This document shows, piece after piece, positions 63,223 to 64,000 of a stretch of DNA of 64,000 nucleotides. The stretch is from Callorhinchus milii (lineage: Eukaryota): contig NW_024704746.1 in NCBI RefSeq assembly GCF_018977255.1, forward strand, positions 23,622,001 through 23,686,000. The letters run 5' to 3'. The stretch's first letter is position 1. Each line of letters begins with the position of its first letter. The translations under genes were made by a program, and so were the position numbers. The notes below the pieces were generated by a model that ran no database searches, was not told the origin of the DNA, and saw only the letters and a list, made by a program, of their open reading frames with translations.

Positions 63223-63546
63223 GGAGCCCTGTAGCTCAGTGGTTAGAGCACTTGCCTTGCAAGCGAGACACCTTGGTTCAATTCCCGGCAGGGGGAAACC
63301 TTGGGCAAGTTTCCTTACTCCACACAGAGCCTAATAATAATCCCTCCAAAACCAAACAATAATAAATTGGTCATTTTCAATCCACGACTGTTTGTGGGAC
63401 GTTCCTGTGCGCAATTGGCTGCCGCATTTCACCCACAAAATATACAATCAACTTACTTGACAATATATTCTGTGAAGTGCTTTGAAACACCTCAACAACG
63501 TGATAAGCCACTATATCAAATGCAAGGATTATTATTATTGTTATTA
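63223..63546 (+). mobile_element. full-length short-subfamily SINE
   Basis: tRNA head, acacagagcctaataataatccc junction, tail. Confidence 0.92.
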
Positions 63547-64000
63547 CTCTGAGTATATCAGTGTAGCTGGCAGCAGACTTGTTAAACTGTTCTCAGAGGT
63601 ACAGGGAAAGCCTTTGCGGTCAGTTGAGTCAATGATATGAAGTGAGGTTTCAGTTCCTTTTGTTAATCGGTCTCCCGTCCCCTCTGCTGGAGTACGAGGG
63701 AGATGCACTTAGAAACTTGACACCCAGGATGTGTCTGGTGCAGTTAGAGGTTGTAGTGGGGGAGAGCAAGGGAGATAATATCCCCCACAACTTTGACACT
63801 GGCCAGCTGTCATGAAGAAATAAAGAGAGGGACTGCACAGGCTCTGAAACGCAGCGAAATGACTTTTCACACAGAAATATAAGAGGGACAGAGAGACAAT
63901 TGGCACAGCTCCATGGAATAGGCATGAAGCCAATTCAATCCTGAATTATGGTTTTCAACTGGTGGAGGTTCAAAATTCACATCTTTCCTCTCTCCTCCCC

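Noticed and set aside
63650-63945. Plus-strand frame interrupted by a single TGA (selenoprotein idea)
   Set aside because: No recognisable selenoprotein motif, splice signals or SECIS visible; consistent with chance.

Overview
Eukaryotic, repeat-rich, apparently intronic/intergenic DNA from a cartilaginous fish, most likely a holocephalan (elephant shark/chimaera type); this is inferred from the repeat repertoire. The window is dominated by: (i) about 30 copies or fragments of a tRNA-Ala-derived SINE ending in an L2-type stem-loop plus (TTA)n, in a long and a short subfamily; (ii) 5'-truncated L2 and CR1 LINE fragments, which explain nearly all long ORFs in the track; (iii) palindromic Penelope-type terminal fragments with degenerate hammerhead ribozyme cores; and (iv) old DeuSINE-, LF-SINE- and LmeSINE/AmnSINE2-like relics. 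I could not recognise a complete protein-coding gene, tRNA, rRNA or CRISPR array. The most notable non-repeat signals are a series of short ATG-initiated, phase-0, plus-strand exon candidates (possible alternative first exons of a multi-promoter gene continuing beyond the window), a 133-bp inverted repeat, a competing-hairpin arrangement around a candidate cassette exon, and two G-quadruplex-prone tandem arrays. All exon calls rest on splice and Kozak signals only. Family names come from remembered consensus sequences, not a database search, and repeat boundaries are approximate.
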